Shown in pieces: positions 1 through 13,130 of a stretch of 64,000 nucleotides of DNA. The notes beneath the pieces were generated by a model, which was not told the origin of the DNA, did no database searches, and saw only the letters and a list, made by a program, of their open reading frames with translations. Origin of the DNA: the human T2T-CHM13v2.0 reference genome, Homo sapiens; the NCBI RefSeq assembly GCF_009914755.1, contig NC_060939.1; one strand, 5' to 3'. The stretch's first letter is position 1. Each line of letters opens with the position of its first letter. A program made the translations under genes and the position numbers.

Positions 1-1699
1 CCACTCGATTCCACTTCGTTCCATTTCATTGCATTCCATTCTATTCAACTCTATTGCCTTCCATTCCATTCCATTCGATTACATTCCATGCGATTCCATT
101 CGAAATCGAATCAATTACATTGCAATCCATTACTATTGAGTCCGTTTTATTCCAGTCCACTGCATTCTGGTCCATTCCATTTGATTCCATTCCATTCTAT
201 TCCATTCCATACAGTTGCATTCCATTGGATTCCATGCTATATCTATAAATTCAATTCGAGACCATTCCTTTTGAGTCCATTCTATATGATTCCATTCCAT
301 TCAAGTCCATTACATTTGGTTAAATTCCATTCCATTCGGTTCAATTCCATTCCATTCCATTCACTTCCATTCCATTCCAGTTGATATCAATCCATTCGAT
401 TCCATTCCCTTCGAGCACATTCCATTCGAGTCCATTCCATTCGATGCCATTCCATTTGATTCTATTCCATTAGTCTCCATTCAATTCCATTAATCTCCAT
501 TCCATTCCATTCTACTCCAACTGATTCCATTCCATTCTATTCCTTTCCATTCCATTTCATTCCATTCCATTCCATTCCATTCGTGTCCATTCCACTCCAG
601 TCCATTCCATTCGTATCCATTCCATTCCAGTCCATTCCATTTGTGTCCACTGCATTCCATTCCACTCCATTCCACATTATTCCATTACACTCCATTCCAT
701 TCTATTACTTTCATTTCCATTCAATTCCATTCCATTTGATTCCATTCCACTCGGTTTCATTCCATTTGAGTCCACTCCATTCCATTCCATTCCATTCAGT
801 TCCATTCCATTCTGTTCCATTCCATTCCGTTCCATTACATTCCATTCCATTCGGTATCATTCCATATTGTTCCATTCGATTCCATTCGAATCCATTCCAT
901 TCCAGTCCATTCCATTCGATTCCATTCCATTCATTTCAATTCCATTCCATTCCATTCCATTACATTCCACTTGATTCCTCTCCATTCCCTTCCACTGCAT
1001 TCCGTTCAATTCCATTCCATTGCATTGCATTCCATTCCATTGGATTGCATTCCATTCGATTCCATTCCATTCGAATCAATTACATAGCAATCCATTACAT
1101 TCGAGTCTATTCTCTTCCGTTCCATTCGATTTCGTTCCAATCCATTCGATTCCATTCCATTCGATTCCATTCCATACTATTGCATTCCATTCGATTACAT
1201 TATATTCGAATACGTTCCATTCAAGACCATTTCTTTTGAGTCCATTCTATTTGAGTCCATTCCCTTTGATTCCATAACATTTGAGTCCATTCAATTCCAT
1301 TCCTTTCGTTTCCATTCCATTTGATGCCATTCCATTCAATTCTGTTCTACTCGACTCCAATACATTCAATTCCATTCCATCCGATTCCATTACATTCTTT
1401 TCATTTCTTATCCATTTCAAGCCATTCCACTCCATTCCATTCCACTCGTTTCCTTTCCATTCGAGTCCATTCCTCTCCAGTCCATTCCGTTCAATCCATT
1501 CCATTCCAGTCCATTCCATTCGAGTCCGTTCCATTCCAGTCCATTCCATTCGAGTCAATTCCATTCCATTCGATGTCTTTCCATAACGATCCATTCCATT
1601 CTATTCCTTTCGATTCCATTCCATTCTATTTCATTCCATTCGATTCCCTTCCATTGGACTCCTTTCCATTCGAGTGCATTCCATTCCGTTCCATTTCTT

Positions 1700-1760
1700 T
1701 CCGTTCTGTACGATTCCTACCGTTCGATTTCATTTTGTTCCAGTCCATTCTTTCGCGTCC
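1700..1760 (+). other. Once-per-unit CpG-rich landmark (CCGTTCTGTACGATTCCTACCGTTCGATTTCATTTTGTTCCAGTCCATTC(C)TTTCGCGTCC)
   Basis: One of the most pentamer-divergent segments of the unit. It contains the only CGCG per unit, a pentamer register slip, and the polymorphic 1-bp indel that separates subtypes. Confidence 0.85.
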
Positions 1761-2660
1761 ATTCCATTCCATTTCACTCCATTCGATTCCATTCCACTCG
1801 ATTCCACTTCGTTCCATTTCATTGCATTCCATTCTATTCAACTCTATTGCCTTCCATTCCATTCCATTCGATTACATTCCATGCGATTCCATTCGAAATC
1901 GAATCAATTACATTGCAATCCATTACTATTGAGTCCGTTTTATTCCAGTCCACTGCATTCTGGTCCATTCCATTTGATTCCATTCCATTCTATTCCATTC
2001 CATACAGTTGCATTCCATTGGATTCCATGCTATATCTATAAATTCAATTCGAGACCATTGCTTTTGAGTCCATTCTATATGATTCCATTCCATTCAAGTC
2101 CATTACATTTGGTTAAATTCCATTCCATTCGGTTCAATTCCATTCCATTCCATTCCCTTCCATTCCATTCCAGTTGATATCAATCCATTCGATTCCATTC
2201 CATTCGAGCACATTCCATTCGAGTCCATTCCATTCGATGCCATTCCATTTGATTCTATTCCATTAGTCTCCATTCAATTCCATTAATCTCCATTCCATTC
2301 CATTCTACTCCAACTGATTCCATTCCATTCTATTCCTTTCCATTCCATTTCATTCCATTCCATTCCATTCCATTCCATTCCATTCCATTCGTGTCCATTC
2401 CACTCCAGTCCATTCCATTCGTATCCATTCCATTCCAGTCCATTCCATTTGTGTCCACTGCATTCCATTCCACTCCATTCCATATTATTCCATTACACTC
2501 CCTTCCATTCTATTACTTTCATTTCCATTCAATTCCATTCCATTTGATTCCATTCCACTCGGTTTCATTCCATTTGAGTCCACTCCATTCCATTCCATTC
2601 CATTCAGTTCCATTCCATTCTGTTCCATTCCATTCCGTTCCATTACATTCCATTCCATTC

Positions 2661-4454
2661 GGTACCATTCCATATTGTTCCATTCGATTGCATTCGAATC
2701 CATTCCATTCCAGTCCATTCCATTCGATTCCATTCCATTCCTTTCAATTCCATTCCATTCCATTCCATTACATTCCACTTGATTCCTCTCCATTCCCTTC
2801 CACTGCATTCCGTTCGATTCCATTCCATTGCATTGCATTCCATTCCATTGGATTGCATTCCATTCGATTCCATTCCATTCGAATCAATTACATAGCAATC
2901 CATTACATTCGAGTCTATTCTCTTCTGTTCCATTCGATTTCGTTCCAATCCATTCGATTCCATTCCATTCGATACCATTCCATACTATTGCATTCCATTC
3001 GATTACATTATATTCGAATAAGTTCCATTCAAGACGATTTCTTTTGAGTCCATTCTATTTGAGTCCATTCCCTTTGATTCCATAACATTTGAGTCCATTC
3101 AATTCCATTCCTTTCGTTTCCATTCCATTTGATGCCATTCCATTCAATTCTGTTCTACTCGACTCCACTACATTCAATTCCATTCCATCCGATTCCATTA
3201 CATTCTTTTCATTTCTTATCCATTTCAAGCCATTCCACTCCATTCCATTCCACTCGTTTCCTTTCCATTCGAGTCCATTCCTCTCCAGTCCATTCCGTTC
3301 AATCCATTCCATTCCAGTCCATTCCATTCGAGTCCATTCCATTCCAGTCCATTCCATTCGAGTCAATTCCATTCCATTCGATGTCTTTCCATAACGATCC
3401 ATTCCATTCTATTCCTTTCGATTCCATTCCATTCTATTTCATTCCATTCGATTCCCTTCCATTGGACTCCTTTCCATTCGAGTGCATTCCATTCCATTCC
3501 ATTTCTTTCCGTTCTGTACGATTCCTACCGTTCGATTTCATTTTGTTCCAGTCCATTCTTTCGCGTCCATTCCATTCCACTTCACTCCATTCGATTCCAT
3601 TCCACTCGATTCCACTTCGTTCCATTTCATTGCATTCCATTCTATTCAACTCTATTGCCTTCCATTCCATTCCATTCGATTACATTCCATGCGATTCCAT
3701 TCGAAATCGAATCAATTACATTGCAATCCATTACTATTGAGTCCGTTTTATTCCAGTCCACTGCATTCTGGTCCATTCCATTTGATTCCATTCCATTCTA
3801 TTCCATTCCATACAGTTGCATTCCATTGGATTCCATGCTATATCTATAAATTCAATTCGAGACCATTGCTTTTGAGTCCATTCTATATGATTCCATTCCA
3901 TTCAAGTCCATTACATTTGGTTAAATTCCATTCCATTCGGTTCAATTCCATTCCATTCCATTCCCTTCCATTCCATTCCAGTTGATATCAATCCATTCGA
4001 TTCCATTCCATTCGAGCACATTCCATTCGAGTCCATTCCATTCGATGCCATTCCATTTGATTCTATTCCATTAGTCTCCATTCAATTCCATTAATCTCCA
4101 TTCCATTCCATTCTACTCCAACTGATTCCATTCCATTCTATTCCTTTCCATTCCATTTCATTCCATTCCATTCCATTCCATTCGTGTCCATTCCACTCCA
4201 GTCCATTCCATTCGTATCCATTCCATTCCAGTCCATTCCATTTGTGTCCACTGCATTCCATTCCACTCCATTCCATATTATTCCATTACACTCCATTCCA
4301 TTCTATTACTTTCATTTCCATTCAATTCCATTCCATTTGATTCCATTCCACTCGGTTTCATTCCATTTGAGTCCACTCCATTCCATTCCATTCCATTCAG
4401 TTCCATTCCATTCTGTTCCATTCCATTCCGTTCCATTACATTCCATTCCATTCG
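2661..4454 (+). repeat. D15Z1: Representative KpnI-to-KpnI monomer; likely D15Z1 (HSat3A5, chr15 short-arm heterochromatin)
   Basis: A single GGTACC occurs per unit (e.g. 2661, 4454), giving a 1.8 kb KpnI ladder, which is the classical definition of the chr15 satellite III family. The family and chromosome call is from recall, without alignment. Confidence 0.7.
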
Positions 4455-7400
4455 GTACCATTCCATATTGTTCCATTCGATTCCATTCGAATCCATTCCA
4501 TTCCAGTCCATTCCATTCGATTCCATTCCATTCCTTTCAATTCCATTCCATTCCATTCCATTACATTCCACTTGATTCCTCTCCATTCCCTTCCACTGCA
4601 TTCCGTTCGATTCCATTCCATTGCATTGCATTCCATTCCATTGGATTGCATTCCATTCGATTCCATTCCATTCGAATCAATTACATAGCAATCCATTACA
4701 TTCGAGTCTATTCTCTTCCGTTCCATTCGATTTCGTTCCAATCCATTCGATTCCATTCCATTCGATTCCATTCCATACTATTTCATTCCATTCGATTACA
4801 TTATATTCGAATAAGTTCCATTCAAGACCATTTCTTTTGAGTCCATTCTATTTGAGTCCATTCCCTTTGATTCCATAACATTTGAGTCCATTCAATTCCA
4901 TTCCTTTCGTTTCCATTCCATTTGATGCCATTCCATTCAATTCTGTTCTACTCGACTCCAATACATTCAATTCCATTCCATCCGATTCCATTACATTCTT
5001 TTCATTTCTTATCCATTTCAAGCCATTCCACTCCATTCCATTCCACTCGTTTCCTTTCCATTCGAGTCCATTCCTCTCCAGTCCATTCCGTTCAATCCAT
5101 TCCATTCCAGTCCATTCCATTCGAGTCCGTTCCATTCCAGTCCATTCCATTCGAGTCAATTCCATCCCATTCGATGTCTTTCCATAACGATCCATTCCAT
5201 TCTATTCCTTTCGATTCCATTCCATTCTATTTCATTCCATTCGATTCCCTTCCATTGGACTCCTTTCCATTCGAGTGCATTCCATTCCGTTCCATTTCTT
5301 TCCGTTCTGTACGATTCCTACCGTTCGATTTCATTTTGTTCCAGTCCATTCCTTTCGCGTCCATTCCATTCCATTTCACTCCATTCGATTCCATTCCACT
5401 CGATTCCACTTCGTTCCATTTCATTGCATTCCATTCTATTCAACTCTATTGCCTTCCATTCCATTCCATTCGATTACATTCCATGCGATTCCATTCGAAA
5501 TCGAATCAATTACATTGCAAACCATTACTATTGAGTCCGTTTTATTCCAGTCCACTGCATTCTTGTCCATTCCATTTGATTCCATTCCATTCTATTCCAT
5601 TCCATACAGTTGCATTCCATTGGATTCCATGCTATATCTATAAATTAAATTCGAGACCATTGCTTTTGAGTCCATTCTATATGATTCCATTCCATTCAAG
5701 TCCATTACATTTGGTTCAATTCCATTCCATTCCATTCCCTTTCATTCCATTCCATTTGATATCAATCCATTCGATTCCATTCCATTCGAGCACATTCCAT
5801 TCGAGTCCATTCCATTCGATGCCATTCCATTTGATTCTATTCCATTAGTCTCCATTCAATTCCATTAATCTCCATTCCATTCCATTCTACTCCAACTGAT
5901 TCCATTCCATTCTATTCCTTTCCATTCCATTTCATTCCATTCCATTCCATTCCATTCCATTCGTGTCCATTCCACTCCAGTCCATTCCATTCGTATCCAT
6001 TCCATTCCAGTCCATTCCATTTGTGTCCACTGCATTCCATTCCACTCCATTCCATATTATTCCATTACACTCCATTCCATTCTATTACTTTCATTTCCAT
6101 TCAATTCCATTCCATTTGATTCCATTCCACTCGGTTTCATTCCATTTGAGTCCACTCCATTCCATTCCATTCCATTCAGTTCCATTCCATTCTGTTCCAT
6201 TCCATTCCGTTCCATTACATTCCATTCCATTCGGTACCATTCCATATTGTTCCATTCGATTCCATTCGAATCCATTCCATTCCAGTCCATTCCATTCGAT
6301 TCCATTCCATTCATTTCAATTCCATTCCATTCCATTCCATTACATTCCACTTGATTCCTCTCCATTCCCTTCCACTGCATTCCGTTCGATTCCATTCCAT
6401 TGCATTGCATTCCATTCCATTGGATTGCATTCCATTCGATTCCATTCCATTCGAATCAATTACATAGCAATCCATTACATTCGAGTCTATTCTCTTCCGT
6501 TCCATTCGATTTCGTTCCAATCCATTCGATTCCATTCCATTCGATTCCATTCCATACTATTGCATTCCATTCGATTACATTATATTCGAATAATTTCCAT
6601 TCAAGACCATTTCATTTGAGTCCATTCTATTTGAGTCCATTCCCTTTGATTCCATAACATTTGAGTCCATTCAATTCCATTCCTTTCGTTTCCATTCCAT
6701 TTGATGCCATTCCATTCAATTCTGTTCTACTCGACTCCAATACATTCAATTCCATTCCATCCGATTCCATTACATTCTTTTCATTTCTTATCCATTTCAA
6801 GCCATTCCACTCCATTCCATTCCACTCGTTTCCTTTCCATTCGAGTCCATTCCTCTCCAGTCCATTCCGTTCAATCCATTCCATTCCAGTCCATTCCATT
6901 CGAGTCCGTTCCATTCCAGTCCATTCCATTCGAGTCAATTCCATTCCATTCGATGTCTTTCCATAACGATCCATTCCATTCTATTCCTTTCGACTCCATT
7001 CCATTCTATTTCATTCCATTCGATTCCCTTCCATTGGACTCCTTTCCATTCGAGTGCATTCCATTCCGTTCCATTTCTTTCCGTTCTGTACGATTCCTAC
7101 CGTTCGATTTCATTTTGTTCCAGTCCATTCCTTTCGCGTCCATTCCATTCCATTTCACTCCGTTCGATTCCATTCCACTCGATTCCACTTCGTTCCATTT
7201 CATTGCATTCCATTCTATTCAACTCTAATGCCTTCCATTCCATTCCATTCCATTACATTCCATGCGATTCCATTCGAAATCGAATCAATTACATTGCAAT
7301 CCATTACTATTGAGTCCGTTTTATTCCAGTCCACTGCATTCTGGTCCATTCCATTTGATTCCATTCCATTCTATTCCATTCCATACAGTTGCATTCCATT

Positions 7401-8699
7401 GGATTCCATGCTATATCTATAAATTCAATTCGAGACCATTGCTTTTGAGTCCATTCTATATGATTCCATTCCATTCAAGTCCATTACATTTGGTTCAATT
7501 CCATTCCATTCCATTCCCTTTCATTCCATTCCATTTGATATCAATCCATTCGATTCCATTCCATTCGAGCACATTCCATTCGAGTCCATTCCATTCGATG
7601 CCATTCCATTTGATTCTATTCCATTTGTCTCCATTCAATTCCATTAATCTCCATTCCATTCCATTCTACTCCAACTGATTCCATTCCATTCTATTCCTTT
7701 CCATTCCATTTCATTCCATTCCATTCCATTTCATTCCGTTCCATTCCACTCGTGTCCATTCCACTCCAGTCCATTCCATTCGTGTCCATTCCATTCCAGT
7801 CCATTCCATTTGTGTCCACTGCATTCCATTCCACTCCATTCCATATTATTCCATTACACTCCATTCCATTCTATTACTTTCATTTCCATTCAATTCCATT
7901 CCATTTGATTCCATTCCACTCGGTTTCATTCCATTTGAGTCCACTCCATTCCATTCCATTCCATTCCATTCAGTTCCATTCCATTCCTTTCCATTACATT
8001 CCATTCCATTCGGTACCATTCCATATTGTTCCATTCGATTCCATTCGAATCCATTCCATTCCAGTCCATTCCATTCGATTCCATTCCATTCATTTCAATT
8101 CCATTCCATTCCATTCCATTCCATTCCACTTGATTCCTCTCCATTCCCTTCCACTGCATTCCGTTCGATTCCATTCCATTGCATTGCATTCCATTCCTTT
8201 GGATTGCATTCCATTCGATTCCATTCCATCGAATCAATTACATAGCAATCCATTACATTCGAGTCTATTCTATTCCGTTCCATTCGATTTCGTTCCAATC
8301 CATTCGATTCCATTCCATTCGATTCCATTCCATACTATTGCATTCCATTCGATTACATTATATTCGAATAAGTTCCATTCAAGACCATTTCTTTTGAGTC
8401 CATTCTATTTGAGTCCATTCCCTTTGATTCCATAACATTTGAGTCCATTCAATTCCATTCCTTTCGTTTCCATTGCATTTGATGCCATTCCATTCAATTC
8501 TGTTCTACTCGACTCCAATACATTCAATTCCATTCCATCCGATTCCATTACATTCTTTTCATTTCTTATCCATTTCAAGCCATTCCACTCCATTCCATTC
8601 CACTCGTTTCCTTTCCATTCGAGTCCATTCCTCTCCAGTCCATTCCGTTCAATCCATTCCATTCCAGTCCATTCCATTCGAGTCCGTTCCATTCCAGTC

Positions 8700-11600
8700 C
8701 ATTCCATTCGAGTCAATTCCATCCCATTCGATGTCTTTCCATAACGATCTATTCCATTCTATTCCTTTCGATTCCATTCCATTCTATTTCATTCCATTCG
8801 ATTCCCTTCCATTGGACTCCTTTCCATTCGAGTGCATTCCATTCCGTTCCATTTCTTTCCGTTCTGTACGATTCCTACCGTTCGATTTCATTTTGTTCCA
8901 GTCCATTCCTTTCGCGTCCATTCCATTCCATTTCACTCCATTCGATTCCATTCCACTCGATTCCACTTCGTTCCATTTCATTGCATTCCATTCTATTCAA
9001 CTCTATTGCCTTCCATTCCATTCCATTCGATTACATTCCATGCGATTCCATTCGAAATCGAATCAATTACATTGCAATCCATTACTATTGAGTCCATTTT
9101 ATTCCAGTCCACTGCATTCTGGTCCATTCCATTTGATTCCATTCCATTCTATTCCATTCCATACAGTTGCATTCCATTGAACTCCATTGTATATCTATAA
9201 ATTCAATTCGAAACCATTGCTTTTGAGTCCATTCTATATGATTCCATTCCATTCAAGTCCATTACATTTGGTTCAATTCCATTCCATTCCATTCCCTTCC
9301 ATTCCATTCCAGTTGATATCAATCCATTCGATTCCATTCCATTCGAGCACATTCCATTCGAGTCCATTCCATTCGATGCCATTCCATTTGATTCTATTCC
9401 ATTAGTCTCCATTCAATTCCATTAATCTCCATTCCATTCCATTCTACTCCAACTGATTCCATTCCATTCTATTCCTTTCCATTCCATTTCATTCCATTCC
9501 ATTCCATTTCATTCCATTCCATTCCATTCCATTCCATTCGCTTCCATTCCATTCGTGTCCATTGCATTCCAGTCCATTCCATTTGTGTCCACTGCATTCC
9601 ATTCCACTCCATTCCATATTATTCCATTACACTCCATTCCATTCTATTACTTTCATTTCCATTGAATTCCATTCCATTTGATTCCATTCCACTCGGTTTC
9701 ATTCCATTTGAGTCCACTCCACTCCATTCCATTCCATTCCATTCCATTCAGTTCCATTCCATTCTGTTCCATTCCATTCCGTTCCATTGCATTCCATTCC
9801 ATTCGGTACCATTCCATATTGTTCCATTCGATTCCATTCGAATCCATTCCATTCCAGTCCATTCCATTCGATTCCATTCCATTCCTTTCAATTCCATTCC
9901 ATTCCATTCCATTCCACTTGATTCCACTCCATTCCCTTCCACTGCATTCCATTGCATTGCATTCCATTCCATTGGACTGCATTCCATTCGATTCCATTCC
10001 ATTCGAATCAATTACATAGCAATCCATTACATTCGAGTCTATTCTATTGCGTTCCATTCGATTTCGTTCCAATCCATTCGATTCCATTCCATTCGATTCC
10101 ATTCCATACTATTGCATTCCATTCTATTACATTATATTCGAAAAAGTTCCATTCAAGACCATTTCTTTTGAGTCCATTCTATTTGAGTCCATTCCCTTTG
10201 ATTCCATAACATTTGAGTCCATTCAATTCCATTCCTTTCGTTTCCATTCCATTTGATGCCATTCCATTCAATTCTGTTCTACTCGACTCCAATACATTCA
10301 ATTCCATTCCATCCGATTCCATTACATTCTTTTCATTTCTTATCCATTTCAAGCCATTCCACTCCATTCCATTCCACTCGTTTCCTTTCCATTCGAGTCC
10401 ATTCCTCTCCAGTCCATTCCGTTCAATCCATTCCATTCCAGTCCATTCCATTCGAGTCTGTTCCATTCCAGTCCATTCCATTCGAGTCAATTCCATCCCA
10501 TTCGATGTCTTTCCATAACGATCCATTCCATTCTATTCCTTTCGATTCCATTCCATTCTATTTCATTCCATTCGATTCCCTTCCATTGGACTCCTTTCCA
10601 TTCGAGTGCATTCCATTCCGTTCCATTTCTTTCCGTTCTGTACGATTCCTACCGTTCGATTTCATTTTCTTCCAGTCCATTCTTTCGCGTCCATTCCATT
10701 CCATTTCACTCCATTCGATTCCATTCCACTCGATTCCACTTCGTTCCATTTCATTGCATTCCATTCTATTCAACTCTATTGCCTTCCATTCCATTCCATT
10801 CGATTACATTCCATGCGATTCCATTTGAAATCGAATCAATTACATTGCAATCCATTACTATTGAGTCCGTTTTATTCCAGTCCACTGCATTCTGGTCCAT
10901 TCCATTTGATTCCATTCCATTCTATTCCATTCCATACAGTTGCATTCCATTGGATTCCATGCTATATCTATAAATTCAATTCGAGACCATTGCTTTTGAG
11001 TCCATTCTATATGATTCCATTCCATTCAAGTCCATTACATTTGGTTCAATTCCATTCCATTCGGTTCAATTCCATTCCATTCCATTCCCTTCCATTCCAT
11101 TCCAGTTGATATCAATCCATTCGATTCCATTCCATTCGAGCACATTCCATTCGAGTCCATTCCATTCGATGCCATTCCATTTGATTCTATTCCATTAGTC
11201 TCCATTCAATTCCATTAATCTCCATTCCATTCCATTCTACTCCAACTGATTCCATTCCATTCTATTCCTTTCCATTCCATTTCATTCCATTCCATTCCAT
11301 TCCATTCCATTCCATTCCATTCCATTCGTGTCCATTCCACTCCAGTCCATTCCATTCGTATCCATTCCATTCCAGTCCATTCCATTTGTGTCCACTGCAT
11401 TCCATTCCACTCCATTCCATATTATTCCATTACACTCCATTCCATTCTATTACTTTCATTTCCATTCAATTCCATTCCATTTGATTCCATTCCACTCGGT
11501 TTCATTCCATTTGAGTCCACTCCATTCCATTCCATTCCATTCAGTTCCATTCCATTCTGTTCCATTCCATTCCGTTCCGTTACATTCCATTCCATTCGGT

Positions 11601-13130
11601 ACCATTCCATATTGTTCCATTCGATTCCATTCGAATCCATTCCATTCCAGTCCATTCCATTCGATTCCATTCCATTCATTTCAATTCCATTCCATTCCAT
11701 TACATTACATTCCACTTGATTCCTCTCCATTCACTTCCACTGCATTCCGTTCGATTCCATTCCATTGCATTGCATTCCATTCCATTGGATTGCATTCCAT
11801 TCGATTCCATTCCATTCGAATCAATTACATAGCAATCCATTACATTCGAGTCTATTCTCTTCCGTTCCATTCGATTTCGTTCCAATCCATTCGATTCCAT
11901 TCCATTCGATTCCATTCCATACTATTGCATTCCATTCTATTACATTATATTCGAATAAGTTCCATTCAAGACCATTTCTTTTGAGTCCATTCTATTTGAG
12001 TCCATTCCCTTTGATTCCATAACATTTGAGTCCATTCAATTCCATTCCTTTCGTTTCCATTCCATTTGATGCCATTCCATTCAATTCTGTTCTACTCGAC
12101 TCCAATACATTCAATTCCATTCCATCCGATTCCATTACATTCTTTTCATTTCTTATCCATTTCAAGCAATTCCACTCCATTCCATTCCACTCGTTTCCTT
12201 TCCATTCGAGTCCATTCCTCTCCAGTCCATTCCGTTCAATCCATTCCATTCCAGTCCATTCCATTCGAGTCCGTTCCATTCCAGTCCATTCCATTCGAGT
12301 CAATTCCATTCCATTCGATGTCTTTCCATAACGATCCATTCCATTCTATTCCTTTCGATTCCATTCCATTCTATTTCATTCCATTCGATTCCCTTCCATT
12401 GGACTCCTTTCCATTCGAGTGCATTCCATTCCGTTCCATTTCTTTCCGTTCTGTACGATTCCTACCGTTCGATTTCATTTTGTTCCAGTCCATTCTTTCG
12501 CGTCCATTCCATTCCATTTCACTCCATTCGATTCCATTCCACTCGATTCCACTTCGTTCCATTTCATTGCATTCCATTCTATTCAACTCTATTGCCTTCC
12601 ATTCCATTCCATTCCATTACATTCCATGCGATTCCATTCGAAATCGAATCAATTACATTGCAATCCATTACTATTGAGTCCGTTTTATTCCAGTCCACTG
12701 CATTCTGGTCCATTCCATTTGATTCCATTCCATTCTATTCCATTCCATACAGTTGCATTCCATTGGATTCCATGCTATATCTATAAATTCAATTCGAGAC
12801 CATTGCTTTTGAGTCCATTCTATATGATTCCATTCCATTCAAGTCCATTACATTTGGTTAAATTCCATTCCATTCGGTTCAATTCCATTCCATTCCATTC
12901 CCTTCCATTCCATTCCAGTTGATATCAATCCATTCGATTCCATTCCATTCGAGCACATTCCATTCGAGTCCATTCCATTCGATGCCATTCCATTTGATTC
13001 TATTCCATTAGTCTCCATTCAATTCCATTAATCTCCATTCCATTCCATTCTACTCCAACTGATTCCATTCCATTCTATTCTTTTCCATTCCATTTCATTC
13101 CATTCCATTCAATTCCATTCCATTCCATTC
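8700..13130 (+). repeat. Cryptic segmental duplication I, copy 1 (partner ~33840-38290)
   Basis: A collinear series of rare shared variants at offset 25141, shifting to 25156 after the variable tract. Confidence 0.9.

Noticed and set aside
97-112. Canonical heat-shock element around TTCGAAATCGAA
   Set aside because: It does not have the nTTCnnGAAnnTTCn spacing.
235-255. TATA-like CTATATCTATAAAT as a promoter
   Set aside because: It aligns with TATATTCGAATAAG in the other half-unit, so it is explained by pentamer decay. There is no supporting promoter context, so it is not annotated as a feature.
1205-1220. Duplication between ~1.2 kb and ~38.9 kb (shared GAATACGTT, offset 37709)
   Set aside because: Only one rare SNV plus common A-type alleles is shared, and nearby upstream variants disagree. 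This is insufficient to call a block.
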